Below are positions 33,211-42,873 of a DNA stretch of 64,000 nucleotides, piece by piece. The translations under genes were made by a program, and so were the position numbers. The stretch comes from Thermoplasmata archaeon. GTDB taxonomy: Archaea; Thermoplasmatota; Thermoplasmata; Lutacidiplasmatales; UBA184. The stretch spans positions 13,486 to 77,485 of the forward strand of contig JBKQUP010000009.1 in assembly GCA_052325545.1 (NCBI GenBank), in the 5' to 3' direction. The notes beneath the pieces were generated by a model. That model did not search any database. It worked only from the letters and a program-made list of their open reading frames with translations, and was not told the DNA's origin. Position 1 is the first letter of the stretch. The number at the start of each line of letters is the position of its first letter.

Positions 33211-34910
33211 CAGTACACCCTCTCCTTCGGTTCCCAGCGAGTGAATGCGACCGGCGAGTACGACAGGACGGGACCGCTGGGGCCGCGGAGCGCGAGCGTG
33301 TGCTTCATCCAGTTCTTGTCGTCCCGTTTCGGGTAATCCTTACGGAAGTGGGCCCCCCGGCTCTCCGTCCGGGCGATCGCCCCCACGATGATGACCTCCG
33401 CGAGGTCGATCATGTGCTCCGTCTCGATGGCGTCCGAGAGGTTGATGTTGAACACCTTCGACTGGTCGACCACGCGCACGTGGGAGAACCGTTCCTTGAC
33501 GGCCCGGACCCGTCGGAGCCCTTCGGTGAGGTCCGCTTCGGTCCGGAAGAGGTTGACGTACCGGTCCATCGTCTGCTGGAGCTCGGTCCGGATCGCGCTC
33601 GGGTCCTCCCCATCCGCCCGACCGAACCATGTCCGGTAGGTGGCCGTGACCTCGTCGAGGTCGCTCGGCTGCAACGTGGTCGCGGGGGCTTTGACCGCGT
33701 ACGCGGCGGCCGCCGCGCCCGCGGACTTCCCGAAGACGAGGGTCTCCATGAGCGAGTTTCCGCCGAGGCGGTTCGCCCCGTGGATCGAGACGCATGCGGC
33801 CTCGCCGGCAGCGTAGAGGCCGGGCACGTTCGTCTCGCCCGGGATGTTCGTGCCGACCCCGCCCATCATGTAGTGCTGGGCCGGAGAGATCGGGATCGGG
33901 TCGGTCACCGGGTCCATCCCGGCGAACGACCGGCATAGGTCGCAGATCTCCTGGAGACGGCTCTCGATCTTCTCCTTCCCGAGATGCATCAGCTCGAGGT
34001 GGACGTACGGACCATACGGCCCGGTGAACCCGCGTCCCTCGAGGATCTCGGTGGTGATCGCCCGTGCGACCACGTCGCGCGATGCGAGCTCCATGACCTT
34101 CGGGGCGTACTTGGTCATGAACCGCTCCCCCGAAGCGTTCTTCAGGAGCCCTCCTTCGCCGCGGGCCCCTTCGGTGACGAGGATGCCGCCCTCGAGCAGG
34201 GCGGTCGGATGGAACTGGACGAACTCCATGTCCTTCAGGAACGCTCCCGCGTCGTAGGCGGCAGCGGCCCCGTCCCCGGTGCAGCTGTGCGCGTTCGTCG
34301 ACCGACCGTAGATCCGGCCGGCCCCACCGGTGGCGATGATGACGGCCTTCGCCGCTACCTGCTGGAACTCACCCGTCTTCTTGTCGAGGGCAACGATCCC
34401 CTGGACCCGACCCTCTCGCACGACGATCCGGGCCAGTTCCCACTCTTCGTAGAGCGTGAACCGCTGGCTCCCGAGCTGCTCCCACAGTCCCTGCAGGAGC
34501 GCGAGCCCGGTCCGGTCGGCGGCGTAGACCGTGCGCGGGAACCCCGCGCCCCCGAACGGCCGCTGGGCGAGCGAGCCGTCGTCGGTCCGGCTGAAGATGG
34601 TGCCGAAATGTTCCATCTCGATGACCGTCGGGCCGGCCTCTTTGCAGAAGAACTCGATCGCGTCCTGGTCGCCGAGGTAGTCGGACCCCTTGACCGTGTC
34701 GAAGATGTGGGCGTCGATCGAGTCGTTCACTCCGATCGCCGCGTTGATGCCGCCCTGCGCCGCGCCCGAATGCGACCGGAGCGGGTGCATCTTCGTGACG
34801 ATGGCGACGTCCCTGCCGGCATGGACCGCCGCGAGCGCCGCGCGCTGACCGGCGAGACCCGCGCCCACCACTACGACTTCGTGACGCAACATAGGAAGCC
34901 CCGGGTCCAT
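33210..34910 (-). CDS. sdhA: succinate dehydrogenase / fumarate reductase flavoprotein subunit
   Basis: 566 aa; VVVVGAGLAG dinucleotide fold, RSHSGAAQGGINAA covalent-FAD His region. An alternative ATG lies at 34892. Confidence 0.9.
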   Translation of the reverse strand: MDPGLPMLRHEVVVVGAGLAGQRAALAAVHAGRDVAIVTKMHPLRSHSGAAQGGINAAIGVNDSIDAHIFDTVKGSDYLGDQDAIEFFCKEAGPTVIEMEHFGTIFSRTDDGSLAQRPFGGAGFPRTVYAADRTGLALLQGLWEQLGSQRFTLYEEWELARIVVREGRVQGIVALDKKTGEFQQVAAKAVIIATGGAGRIYGRSTNAHSCTGDGAAAAYDAGAFLKDMEFVQFHPTALLEGGILVTEGARGEGGLLKNASGERFMTKYAPKVMELASRDVVARAITTEILEGRGFTGPYGPYVHLELMHLGKEKIESRLQEICDLCRSFAGMDPVTDPIPISPAQHYMMGGVGTNIPGETNVPGLYAAGEAACVSIHGANRLGGNSLMETLVFGKSAGAAAAAYAVKAPATTLQPSDLDEVTATYRTWFGRADGEDPSAIRTELQQTMDRYVNLFRTEADLTEGLRRVRAVKERFSHVRVVDQSKVFNINLSDAIETEHMIDLAEVIIVGAIARTESRGAHFRKDYPKRDDKNWMKHTLALRGPSGPVLSYSPVAFTRWEPKERVY

Positions 34911-35025
34911 CTAAGTCGGGGTTTTAATGGGTGCCGTTCTCCGGGCTGCACTCACCGAGGAACGACCCCCCCCCGGGTCGGGGCGGGGTGCCTCGGTGAT
35001 GCCGGCGTAATCGGCCGGTGAGCCC

Positions 35026-35033
35026 TTATATAG
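35026..35033 (+). promoter_or_regulatory. TATA box (CCCTTATATAGC) about 50 nt upstream of psmB
   Basis: An isolated AT hexamer in a GC-rich divergent intergenic region. Confidence 0.4.
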
Positions 35034-35081
35034 CGACCCCGGGTCCGCCGTCGCACATTCCGGGCGACCGGAGGTACGACG

Positions 35082-35756
35082 ATGCAAACGGTGATCAGCT
35101 CGGCCGACGAGGAGCGCCTACTGAAGGGCACTACGACGATCGGGATCGTCTGCAAGGACGGGGTCGTCCTCGCCACCGAGCGCCGGGCCACGGCCGGCAG
35201 CTTCATCTCCAACAAGCAGACCCAGAAACTGTTCAAGATCGACGAGAACATCGGGATCACGATCGCCGGGCTCGTCGGCGACGCCCAGGTCCTCGCCCGC
35301 TACCTGAAGGCCGAGGTCTCGCTCTATCGGCTCCGCCGCAGCGCCCCGCTCACCGCCGAAGGTGCCGCGACGCTCCTCGCGAACATCCTGAGCGGGAACC
35401 GCTACTACCCCTACTACGCCTGGCTCATCCTGGGCGGTGTCGACGGCAAGGGCTCCCACGTCTTCTCGGTCGACCCGGCGGGCGGTTGCATCGAGGACCG
35501 GTACGTCTCGGTCGGGTCCGGCTCCACGATCGCCTACGGTCTCCTTGAGGAGGGGTACTCCCGAGAGATGTCGACCACCGACGCGGTCGACCTCGCGCTC
35601 CGCGGCCTCACCGCCGCGATGAAGCGGGACAGCGCGAGCGGGGACGGATACCTCGTCCACATCATCACGCCCAAGGAATACCGAGAACTGTCCGAGGACG
35701 AAATTAATAAACGTCTGAAGGCACTCAAGATACCGCTGCCTCCTGTTCTTCCGTAA
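35082..35756 (+). CDS. psmB: proteasome subunit beta
   Basis: TTTIGIVCKDGVVLATE: propeptide followed by the catalytic Thr; 224 aa. Confidence 0.95.
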   Translation: MQTVISSADEERLLKGTTTIGIVCKDGVVLATERRATAGSFISNKQTQKLFKIDENIGITIAGLVGDAQVLARYLKAEVSLYRLRRSAPLTAEGAATLLANILSGNRYYPYYAWLILGGVDGKGSHVFSVDPAGGCIEDRYVSVGSGSTIAYGLLEEGYSREMSTTDAVDLALRGLTAAMKRDSASGDGYLVHIITPKEYRELSEDEINKRLKALKIPLPPVLP

Positions 35757-35820
35757 GGAACGACGGGCCCGGGCGGCCTTCGGAACCCTTTCTGCGCCAA
35801 CCCTTTCCGTTCATCGAAGG

Positions 35821-37725
35821 ATGAGTTTCGAATCGCTCATAGAGCAAACCCGGGAAGCGCTTCGCGAAGTGCTGCCGGAAACCATCGAGGTCACCGACAT
35901 CGAGCTGGAAGGCCCGCATGTCGTGGTCTACACGAAGCAGCTCGACGCGTTCCTCTCCGGGGGCGACTACCTGCGCCAGGTCGCTCAGCGCCTGCACCGC
36001 CGGGTGGTCGTCCGTTCCGACCCGGCGACCCTCATCGACCCCAAGGAGGCCGAGAAGGCGATCCGCGCGCTCATCCCAGTGGAGGCCGAGATCGCCCAGC
36101 TCTTCTTCGAGCCCGAAACGGGCGAGGTGACGATCGAGGCGGCGAGCCCCGGGGCGGCGATTGGCCGTGGGGGCTCGGTCCTGAACGACCTCAAGAAGCA
36201 GATCGGCTGGGTGCCCACCGTCGTCCGCACGCCCCCGATCCCCTCGAAGACCGTCGAAGAGGTACGGATCCACCTCCGGAACTCCTTCGACGACCGGCGG
36301 ACGTTCCTGAAGAAGGTCGGGATCCGGATCGCGCGCGACCCGCTCCCGGAGAAGCTCTGGGCCCGCAGCACGGCGCTCGGCGGCTACCGCGAGGTAGGGC
36401 GGAGCGCCCACCTGCTCACCACCCAGAACTCGAAGGTCCTCATCGACTGCGGGATCGACCCCGGGTCGGACCGGACCCCGTTCTTCAACGCGCCCGAGCT
36501 TCTTCCGCTCGACTCGCTCGACGCGGTGGTCGTCACCCACGCCCACCTCGACCACTGCGGCCTCGTCCCCGTGCTGCTGAAGTACGGGTACAAGGGGCCG
36601 ATCTACTGCACCGCGCCGACGCGCGACCTGATGACGCTCATGCTCCTCGACGCCATCAAGGTCGTCAACCAAGAGGCGAGGAAGGCCCTCTACGACTCGG
36701 GGAACGTCCGGGACCTCGTCACGAGGACGATCCCGCTCCGGTGGGGCGAGACGACCGATATCGCGCCGGACATCCGCCTCACCATGCACAACGCGGGCCA
36801 CATCCTCGGCTCGTCGATCTGCCACTTCCACCTCGGGGAGGGCGACCACAACCTCGCCTACTCCGGGGACATCAAGTTCGAGCGGAGCTGGCTGTTCAAC
36901 CCGGCGACCAATCGATTCCCCCGCCTCGAGACCCTCGTCCTCGAGTCGACCTACGGGGGCTACCGCAACGTGCAGCCGAGCCGTCAGCAGGCCACCGAGG
37001 ATTTCAGCTCGCTCACGAACAAGGTCCTCGCCCGGGGGGGGAAGCTCATCGTCCCGGTCTTCGCGGTCGGGCGTTCCCAGGAGGTCATGCTCGTCCTCGA
37101 GGAGAAGATGCGCGAGGGGAAGATCCCCCGCGTGCCGGTCTACCTCGACGGGATGATCTTCGAGGCGACCGCGATCCACACGGCGTACCCGGAGTACCTG
37201 AACAGCCAGCTTCGGACGCAGATCTTCCAGCAGGGCGACAACCCGTTCCTATCGGATGTCTTCCACCGCATCGATTCCCAGCAGATGCGCTCGACCGTCC
37301 TCGACTCGAAGGAGCCCTCGATCATCCTCGCCACCTCCGGCATGATGAGCGGGGGGCCGGTGATGGAGTACTTCCGGGCGTGGGCGCCCGAAGAGAAGAA
37401 CGGGCTCCTCTTCGTCGGCTACCAGGCCGAAGGGACGTTCGGGAACCGGCTGCAGCGGGGCGTGAGCGAGGCGACGTTCCTCGACGGGTCGCGCCAGGCG
37501 TCCGTCCCCGTGAAGCTCGAGGTCGCAACGATCGAGGGGTTCTCGGGCCACTCCGACCGGGTCCAGCTCATGAACTTCGTCGCGTCCCTCGACCCGCGGC
37601 CCCAGCGCATCATCCTGAACCACGGCGAAGAGTCCCGCATCCTCGACCTCGCGTCGAGCCTCCACAAGCGGTTCAACGTGGAGTCCCGCGCCCCGTTCAA
37701 CCTCGAAGCGATACGGCTGGTCTAG
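35821..37725 (+). CDS. archaeal CPSF1 / FttA-like KH-domain beta-CASP ribonuclease
   Basis: 634 aa; N-terminal KH domains, HAHLDHCG metallo-beta-lactamase motif, beta-CASP region. Confidence 0.9.
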   Translation: MSFESLIEQTREALREVLPETIEVTDIELEGPHVVVYTKQLDAFLSGGDYLRQVAQRLHRRVVVRSDPATLIDPKEAEKAIRALIPVEAEIAQLFFEPETGEVTIEAASPGAAIGRGGSVLNDLKKQIGWVPTVVRTPPIPSKTVEEVRIHLRNSFDDRRTFLKKVGIRIARDPLPEKLWARSTALGGYREVGRSAHLLTTQNSKVLIDCGIDPGSDRTPFFNAPELLPLDSLDAVVVTHAHLDHCGLVPVLLKYGYKGPIYCTAPTRDLMTLMLLDAIKVVNQEARKALYDSGNVRDLVTRTIPLRWGETTDIAPDIRLTMHNAGHILGSSICHFHLGEGDHNLAYSGDIKFERSWLFNPATNRFPRLETLVLESTYGGYRNVQPSRQQATEDFSSLTNKVLARGGKLIVPVFAVGRSQEVMLVLEEKMREGKIPRVPVYLDGMIFEATAIHTAYPEYLNSQLRTQIFQQGDNPFLSDVFHRIDSQQMRSTVLDSKEPSIILATSGMMSGGPVMEYFRAWAPEEKNGLLFVGYQAEGTFGNRLQRGVSEATFLDGSRQASVPVKLEVATIEGFSGHSDRVQLMNFVASLDPRPQRIILNHGEESRILDLASSLHKRFNVESRAPFNLEAIRLV

Positions 37726-37828
37726 ACGTCCGGGCGCCCCGGCCCTCGAAAGTAGGCGGTTCTCGGGACGAAACCCTTTATAGACGGTCCGGGGTCATTG
37801 GGGGTGACCCCCCTCTGGAGGGCTTCGC

Positions 37829-39331
37829 ATGGGACATCCACACCGTAGGTTCTTGGTCCTCGGCCTTGACGGGGGGACCTTCGACCTTCTGGACCCCCTC
37901 ATGGCCGCGGGGGAGCTCCCGTTCCTGAAGTCGCTCGTGCACCGGGGCGTCCGCGCGCCGCTGCGCTCGGTCTACCCGGCAAAGACGATCCCCGCATGGT
38001 ACTCGTTCGCGACGGGCAAGGACCCGGGCGAGCTCGGGATCTTCGGGTTCACCGAGCCCGACGGAGGACCCGGCCACTCGAAGCTCGTCCAGACGTTCCG
38101 CCCCGCCGAGGCGTTCTGGGACACGCTCTCGCGCGTCGGCGTCAAGGTGGGCGTCCTCAACTTCCCGTTCCGAACGGCCTACCCCATCCACGGGTTCGTG
38201 GTCCCGGGGATGTTCACGGGCACCAACGCCACCTATCCGGCGGCCCTCAAGAACGAGATCCACGAGACGATCGGAGCAGAGTACCCCCGCGAGCTGCCGG
38301 CCTACAAGGAGTCCGAGCGGGCCGAGTGGATCGCGGAAGCGACCCACGCGGTGGAGCAGCGGGGGAAGGTGGCGGCGACCCTGGCCGAGCGCCACAAGCC
38401 CGGTTTCCTCTTTGCGCTGTTCCGCGAGACCGACCGGCTCGAGCACCAGCACTGGTCGGAGATGAGCCAGCCCGTTTCGGAGATCCCCCCGGACCTCCTC
38501 CAGTTCTGGCGGACGGTCGACCGGTCCTGCGAGCAGGTCGACCGCGCCTTCCGTTCGGGCGGGGGCCCGGCGGTGACGCTCGTCATCTCCGACCACGGCC
38601 ACGGGCCGATCCAGTCGGACTTCCTGACCAACCGGTGGCTCGCAGAGGAGAAGTTCCTGTTCTTCCGGGGTCGAGGGGACTTCGGACGCCGCAAGCTCCT
38701 CGGTAAGCTCATGCTCCAGGCCCAGAAGAACCGCGTGACCCGACGGGCGATGCGCCCGCTGGTCGAGTTCGTCAAGGACGGGCGACGGGCCCATTTCGCG
38801 GAGTTCGTGGGTGGAGGGACCTCGTTCGAGCAGTTCTCGAAGCGGATCGATTGGGAGCGCACCGTCGCGTTCTCCTACCCGGTCCCCGAGGGGATCTACC
38901 TGAACCCGAACAATCCCCATCTCACCGCGGAGCGCCGGGACGCGATCCGCACGCAGATCCGGCAGCGCCTCGAAGCGTATCCCGACGCCCACATCGAGGT
39001 GCTCGACCCGCGGATGATCTACCGCGGTCGCAACCTCTCCCACGCTCCCGCCCTCCTCATCCGGGTGGATGGGATGAACACGGAGCCCCGGATGGACTTC
39101 GGATACCCGGACGCCCTGATCCGGCAGCGTCCGAACTACTTCTGCGGGACCGGCACCCACCGCATGAACGGGATCATGATCGCCGCGGGGGACGACATCC
39201 GGCCCGACACGACGGTCAGCACCCTCGACCTCGTGGACGTCGCGCCGACCATCCTCGATGGGATGGGTTACGACGCGCCGGCCGGGATGGGCGGCCACTC
39301 GTTCGGTCGGCGCCTGGGCCTCTCAGGGTAA
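37829..39331 (+). CDS. alkaline-phosphatase-superfamily protein (nucleotide pyrophosphatase/phosphodiesterase-like)
   Basis: 500 aa; GLDGGTFDLL N-terminal metal-site motif typical of the AP/NPP family; CTTTATAGA TATA about 48 nt upstream. Confidence 0.6.
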   Translation: MGHPHRRFLVLGLDGGTFDLLDPLMAAGELPFLKSLVHRGVRAPLRSVYPAKTIPAWYSFATGKDPGELGIFGFTEPDGGPGHSKLVQTFRPAEAFWDTLSRVGVKVGVLNFPFRTAYPIHGFVVPGMFTGTNATYPAALKNEIHETIGAEYPRELPAYKESERAEWIAEATHAVEQRGKVAATLAERHKPGFLFALFRETDRLEHQHWSEMSQPVSEIPPDLLQFWRTVDRSCEQVDRAFRSGGGPAVTLVISDHGHGPIQSDFLTNRWLAEEKFLFFRGRGDFGRRKLLGKLMLQAQKNRVTRRAMRPLVEFVKDGRRAHFAEFVGGGTSFEQFSKRIDWERTVAFSYPVPEGIYLNPNNPHLTAERRDAIRTQIRQRLEAYPDAHIEVLDPRMIYRGRNLSHAPALLIRVDGMNTEPRMDFGYPDALIRQRPNYFCGTGTHRMNGIMIAAGDDIRPDTTVSTLDLVDVAPTILDGMGYDAPAGMGGHSFGRRLGLSG

Positions 39332-39361
39332 GCGACACCCTCCGCCGGAACCCTTTTCGGG

Positions 39362-40531
39362 ATGGGCCGGCTCCGACAGCGGATGCCGGGGCGCACGGTG
39401 GACGTGGTGGCCGTGGGTCCCCCCCCGCTCGACCCCTACGAACCCGCGGCCAGCGCCTGGGCACTCGCCGCCGCGCTCGCGGCCCGGGGCGACGACGTTC
39501 ACGTTCTCCACCTGCCCGGTCCCGCAGCCGACCGGGTCCCGTCGGGGGTCACCGCCATCCCCGTCGAGATCCCGCTGCGCCGTCCGGGAGGCCCCGTCGA
39601 GCCGGCGGAGTTCGCCGCGGCCGCGGGTCGTCGTCTCCGTAAGCCGGTCGACCTCGTGCTCCGTGACCCCGTCGGTCTGGGCTCGCTGGGCGCGCGACGA
39701 GCACGTCGAGGCCTTCCCCTGGTCGGAGGTTTCGCACGGGCGCTCGAGCTGCGGACCTACGAGGGGGAGCGGCAGGGCCATTCGTCAGCCGGCGTCGTCG
39801 ACCGTCTCGACACATGGCGCGACCGGCGGTCGGTCCGTCGGCTCGAGCGGGTGGCGCTCGAGGAGGCCGACCGCCTCTTCTACGATGCTCCCGAGGTGGC
39901 CAAGTCGCTGACCGAGGAGTATGGGGTCCCCGGGCGTAAGCTCGTGGCGCTCCCCCCGGCCGTCGCCCTCCTTTCCCCGCTCCCGACCCGAGAATCCGCG
40001 CGTCACGACCTTCGGATCCCCACGGACGTGCCGGTCGTGGTCGCGCCGACGGCGTTCGAGGCCCCGGCGTCGAGCGGGGTCGACCGGGTCCTCGAAGCGT
40101 TCCGTCGGGTCCGCCCGTTCTTCCCCGGCGTTCGGCTCGTCCTGTGCGGGGCTCCCGCCCCGTCCGACCCGGGGGTGATCGTGCTACCTGATCGTCGCGC
40201 GGACACGCTCGCGGCCGCCATCGCGAGCGCGGACGTGGCCGTCTTCGCCCGGCGCGTTCCCGGATTCGACCCGGGGGTCGTGCTCGCCGCCCGGGCGGCC
40301 GTCCCTCCGATCGTGTTGCCGGACGCGCGCCTCTCCGTCGACCCGGTGGGCGGCGTGCGCGTCGCGGCGAGCGACGACCCGGGCGACCTCGCCTCGGCGC
40401 TCGCCGAGCTGCTCGCCGACCCGGCGGTGGGAAAAGAGGTCGGTCAGGCCGCGGTCCGGTTCGCGCAAGCGTTCCTTCCGGAGCGCGTCGCGGCCGCGCT
40501 CAGCGAGGCGGTCTCCCCGAAAGGGGCCTAA
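39362..40531 (+). CDS. glycosyltransferase, GT-B fold (family 4-like), divergent
   Basis: 389 aa, A/R/P-rich, weak GT4 pattern. Low-complexity composition reduces confidence. Confidence 0.45.
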   Translation: MGRLRQRMPGRTVDVVAVGPPPLDPYEPAASAWALAAALAARGDDVHVLHLPGPAADRVPSGVTAIPVEIPLRRPGGPVEPAEFAAAAGRRLRKPVDLVLRDPVGLGSLGARRARRGLPLVGGFARALELRTYEGERQGHSSAGVVDRLDTWRDRRSVRRLERVALEEADRLFYDAPEVAKSLTEEYGVPGRKLVALPPAVALLSPLPTRESARHDLRIPTDVPVVVAPTAFEAPASSGVDRVLEAFRRVRPFFPGVRLVLCGAPAPSDPGVIVLPDRRADTLAAAIASADVAVFARRVPGFDPGVVLAARAAVPPIVLPDARLSVDPVGGVRVAASDDPGDLASALAELLADPAVGKEVGQAAVRFAQAFLPERVAAALSEAVSPKGA

Positions 40532-40549
40532 GGACGGGCCCAACGCCTG

Positions 40550-41110
40550 TCAGCGGTCGCGCTCGACCGGCTCGTCGAGACGCCACTCCGCGAACCCCCG
40601 GCCGCCCGAGGTCCGTCGGACCGAGCGCACCACGCCCGACCACCGCACGTCGGGCGGGAGTTCGCCGGAATCGATACGGTCGAGGACCGTCCGGAACCGA
40701 AGGCGGAGGTCGGAGAACGGGTCCTCCTCGCCGGGCCGGACCCAGGAGCCGGCCGCGCGGACGACGCGGACGGTGCCTTCGTGGGTGGCCCACACGCCGA
40801 CGCGAGAGGCCCTGGTCCCGTCGGTGCGGGCCGCGAGCGCCGCGGCGGCCTTCTCGGACGGCAGGACGACCGCGACCCAGTCCCCCCACGCGCGCCGCTT
40901 GAGCGCCTGCACGAGCACCGCGCGGCTCCCGGAGACCTTCGCCTCGACGAGGCCGACCTCGTCCCCCCGCCGGGCCACGAGGTCGAAGTAATCGGCGGAG
41001 TCCGGGTTCGGATAGACCCGGTAGCCTTGCTGCTCAAGGAAGGTCGCGGCGGTCCGGACGACCTCTTTTTCGGAGACCCGGGGCGGGCGAGGTGCCGCGG
41101 CGCGGCTCAC
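40550..41110 (-). CDS. PD-(D/E)xK nuclease-fold protein, Hjc (Holliday-junction resolvase)-like N-domain with about 90-aa C-terminal extension
   Basis: GTG at 41110 overlaps the mutL TGA (GTGA). EKEVVRTAATFLEQQGYRVY...DYFDLVARRGDEVGLVEAKVS reproduces the E...D...ExK pattern of Hjc-type resolvases. The track ORF 40550..41662 is a frame-extension into mutL. Confidence 0.5.
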   Translation of the reverse strand: MSRAAAPRPPRVSEKEVVRTAATFLEQQGYRVYPNPDSADYFDLVARRGDEVGLVEAKVSGSRAVLVQALKRRAWGDWVAVVLPSEKAAAALAARTDGTRASRVGVWATHEGTVRVVRAAGSWVRPGEEDPFSDLRLRFRTVLDRIDSGELPPDVRWSGVVRSVRRTSGGRGFAEWRLDEPVERDR

Positions 41111-42873
41111 GGACCGCTCCTCAGGAACCAGCGGTCGAGGCGCGACCGGGGGATCCCGAGCACGATCGGGCGTCCGTGGGGACAGGAGTAGGCCGCTTCG
41201 GGAAGGGCGTGCAGCGTCGTGAGCACGCGGGAGAACTCCTCCGACGTAACAACGTCCCCCGCCCGAAGGGCCGCGTGGCAGGCGACGGTCGCGGCGCGTC
41301 GCTCCTCGAGCCCGTCGGGGAGCGTGGGGCGCCCACCGGTCGCGAGCTCGTCCAGGAGCTCCGCGACGGCCTCGGGCCGCGCGGACCGGCCCCGGTATGC
41401 GGGGACCGACCGGACGAGGAACGACTCGGGACCGAACGGCTCGATGTCGAATCCCGCGGCCCGGACCGTCTCGCCGTGGGCTTCGAACGTGCTTCGCTCG
41501 GCGCCCGTGAGACGGACGGTGACCGGAGCGACCAGGGTCTGTCGCTGCAGGGTCCCGGAGTGGCGCAGCTCCTCGTAGAGCACGCGCTCGCTCGCCGCGT
41601 GCTGGTCGATCAGCACGAGGCCTTCGTCGCTCTCGGCCACCCAATAGAGGGCGTGAAGGCACCCAAGCAGCGTGAGCCGCGGATGCCCCGCCGCCGCCGG
41701 AAGCGGGGTCGGGGGTGGGGGCGCGGCGACCGGACCTTCCAGGGTACGTTGGACGCCCGGATGTCCCGCGGAGGCCGTGGGGACGCCTCTCACCAGGGGC
41801 GGCGCGCCTCCGAGGGGCGGTCGAGCCGCGGCCCGGGCGGCCGGAAGCTCCGCCACCTGGGGGGCGGAGACGAGGGCCTCGCGGACGCGCAGCCGGATGG
41901 CGTCGAGGATGTCCCGTTCGCGGGCGAAGCGCACCTCGCGTTTCGTCGGGTGGACGTTCACGTCGAGCCGGTCGGGGTCGACCTCGAGATGGAGGACGCC
42001 CACCGGGAACCGGGTGCGGGGCAGGTAGTCGCCGAAGGCGAGGCGGACGTTCTGGGCGATCGTGCGGGAAGTGACCGAGCGGCCGTTGACGGCGACGAAC
42101 AGTCCTCGCGACGAGGCGGCCGCCACCCCGGGCCGGCCGAGCGACCCGAAGAGACGGCCCCCGGGGATCTCGGCGGAAAGCTCGAACGACGACGTGAGGA
42201 ACCCGGGGCCGAGGACCCGGGCCGCGGCGTCCTTCAGGTCGTGGGCGGGGGGATACGTTCCCGCCTCGCGGCCCTCCGATTCCACGCGAAGGCCCACCTG
42301 CGGACGCGCGAGGTAGAGACGCTCGACCGTCTGCAGCACCTCGACCTGCTCCGCGGGAGCGCCTTTGAGGAACTTGCGCCGGGCCGGGGTGTTGAAGAAG
42401 AGGTCCTCGACCTCGACGGTCGTCCCCGGGGCCCGCGGGGCGGAGAACCGACCGGCGACCGCCCCTCCGACGACCGAGATCCCCTCGGCGACCTCCCGGT
42501 CGGGGGGCCGGGAGAAAAGGCGGAACCGGGAGACCGAGGCGATCGCCGCGAGCGCCTCCCCCCGGAAACCGAGGGTCCCGATCCGCTCGACCGGACCTTC
42601 CGGCGGGAGCTTGCTCGTGGCATGCCGCTCGACCGCGAGCTCGAGCTCCTCCGGCGGGATCCCCGACCCGTCGTCGGCGACCTCGATCCGCTCGAGCCCC
42701 CCGCCCGAGAGTCGGATCGTGACGAGCGAAGCGCCCGCGTCCACGGCGTTCTCGACGAGCTCCTTCACGACGGACGCCGGGCGTTCCACGACCTCGCCCG
42801 CGGCGATCCGCTCGACCGTTTCGCTCGAGAGCTTCCGGATCGGCCGACGCGAGTTGGGGGGCGGCGTCGTCAC
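41107..42873 (-). CDS. mutL: DNA mismatch repair protein MutL (endonuclease-type, DQHA(x)2E(x)4E motif present)
   Basis: 588 aa; GHKL ATPase N-domain (ELVENAVDAGA); C-domain LIDQHAASERVLYEEL. The GTG start overlaps the mutS TGA (GTGA). Confidence 0.9.
   Translation of the reverse strand: MTTPPPNSRRPIRKLSSETVERIAAGEVVERPASVVKELVENAVDAGASLVTIRLSGGGLERIEVADDGSGIPPEELELAVERHATSKLPPEGPVERIGTLGFRGEALAAIASVSRFRLFSRPPDREVAEGISVVGGAVAGRFSAPRAPGTTVEVEDLFFNTPARRKFLKGAPAEQVEVLQTVERLYLARPQVGLRVESEGREAGTYPPAHDLKDAAARVLGPGFLTSSFELSAEIPGGRLFGSLGRPGVAAASSRGLFVAVNGRSVTSRTIAQNVRLAFGDYLPRTRFPVGVLHLEVDPDRLDVNVHPTKREVRFARERDILDAIRLRVREALVSAPQVAELPAARAAARPPLGGAPPLVRGVPTASAGHPGVQRTLEGPVAAPPPPTPLPAAAGHPRLTLLGCLHALYWVAESDEGLVLIDQHAASERVLYEELRHSGTLQRQTLVAPVTVRLTGAERSTFEAHGETVRAAGFDIEPFGPESFLVRSVPAYRGRSARPEAVAELLDELATGGRPTLPDGLEERRAATVACHAALRAGDVVTSEEFSRVLTTLHALPEAAYSCPHGRPIVLGIPRSRLDRWFLRSGP

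Noticed and set aside
41111-41662. N-terminal 185 codons of track ORF 40550..41662
   Set aside because: An out-of-frame read-through of mutL's 3' end (Arg/Pro-rich); the real gene starts at the GTG that overlaps the mutL stop.
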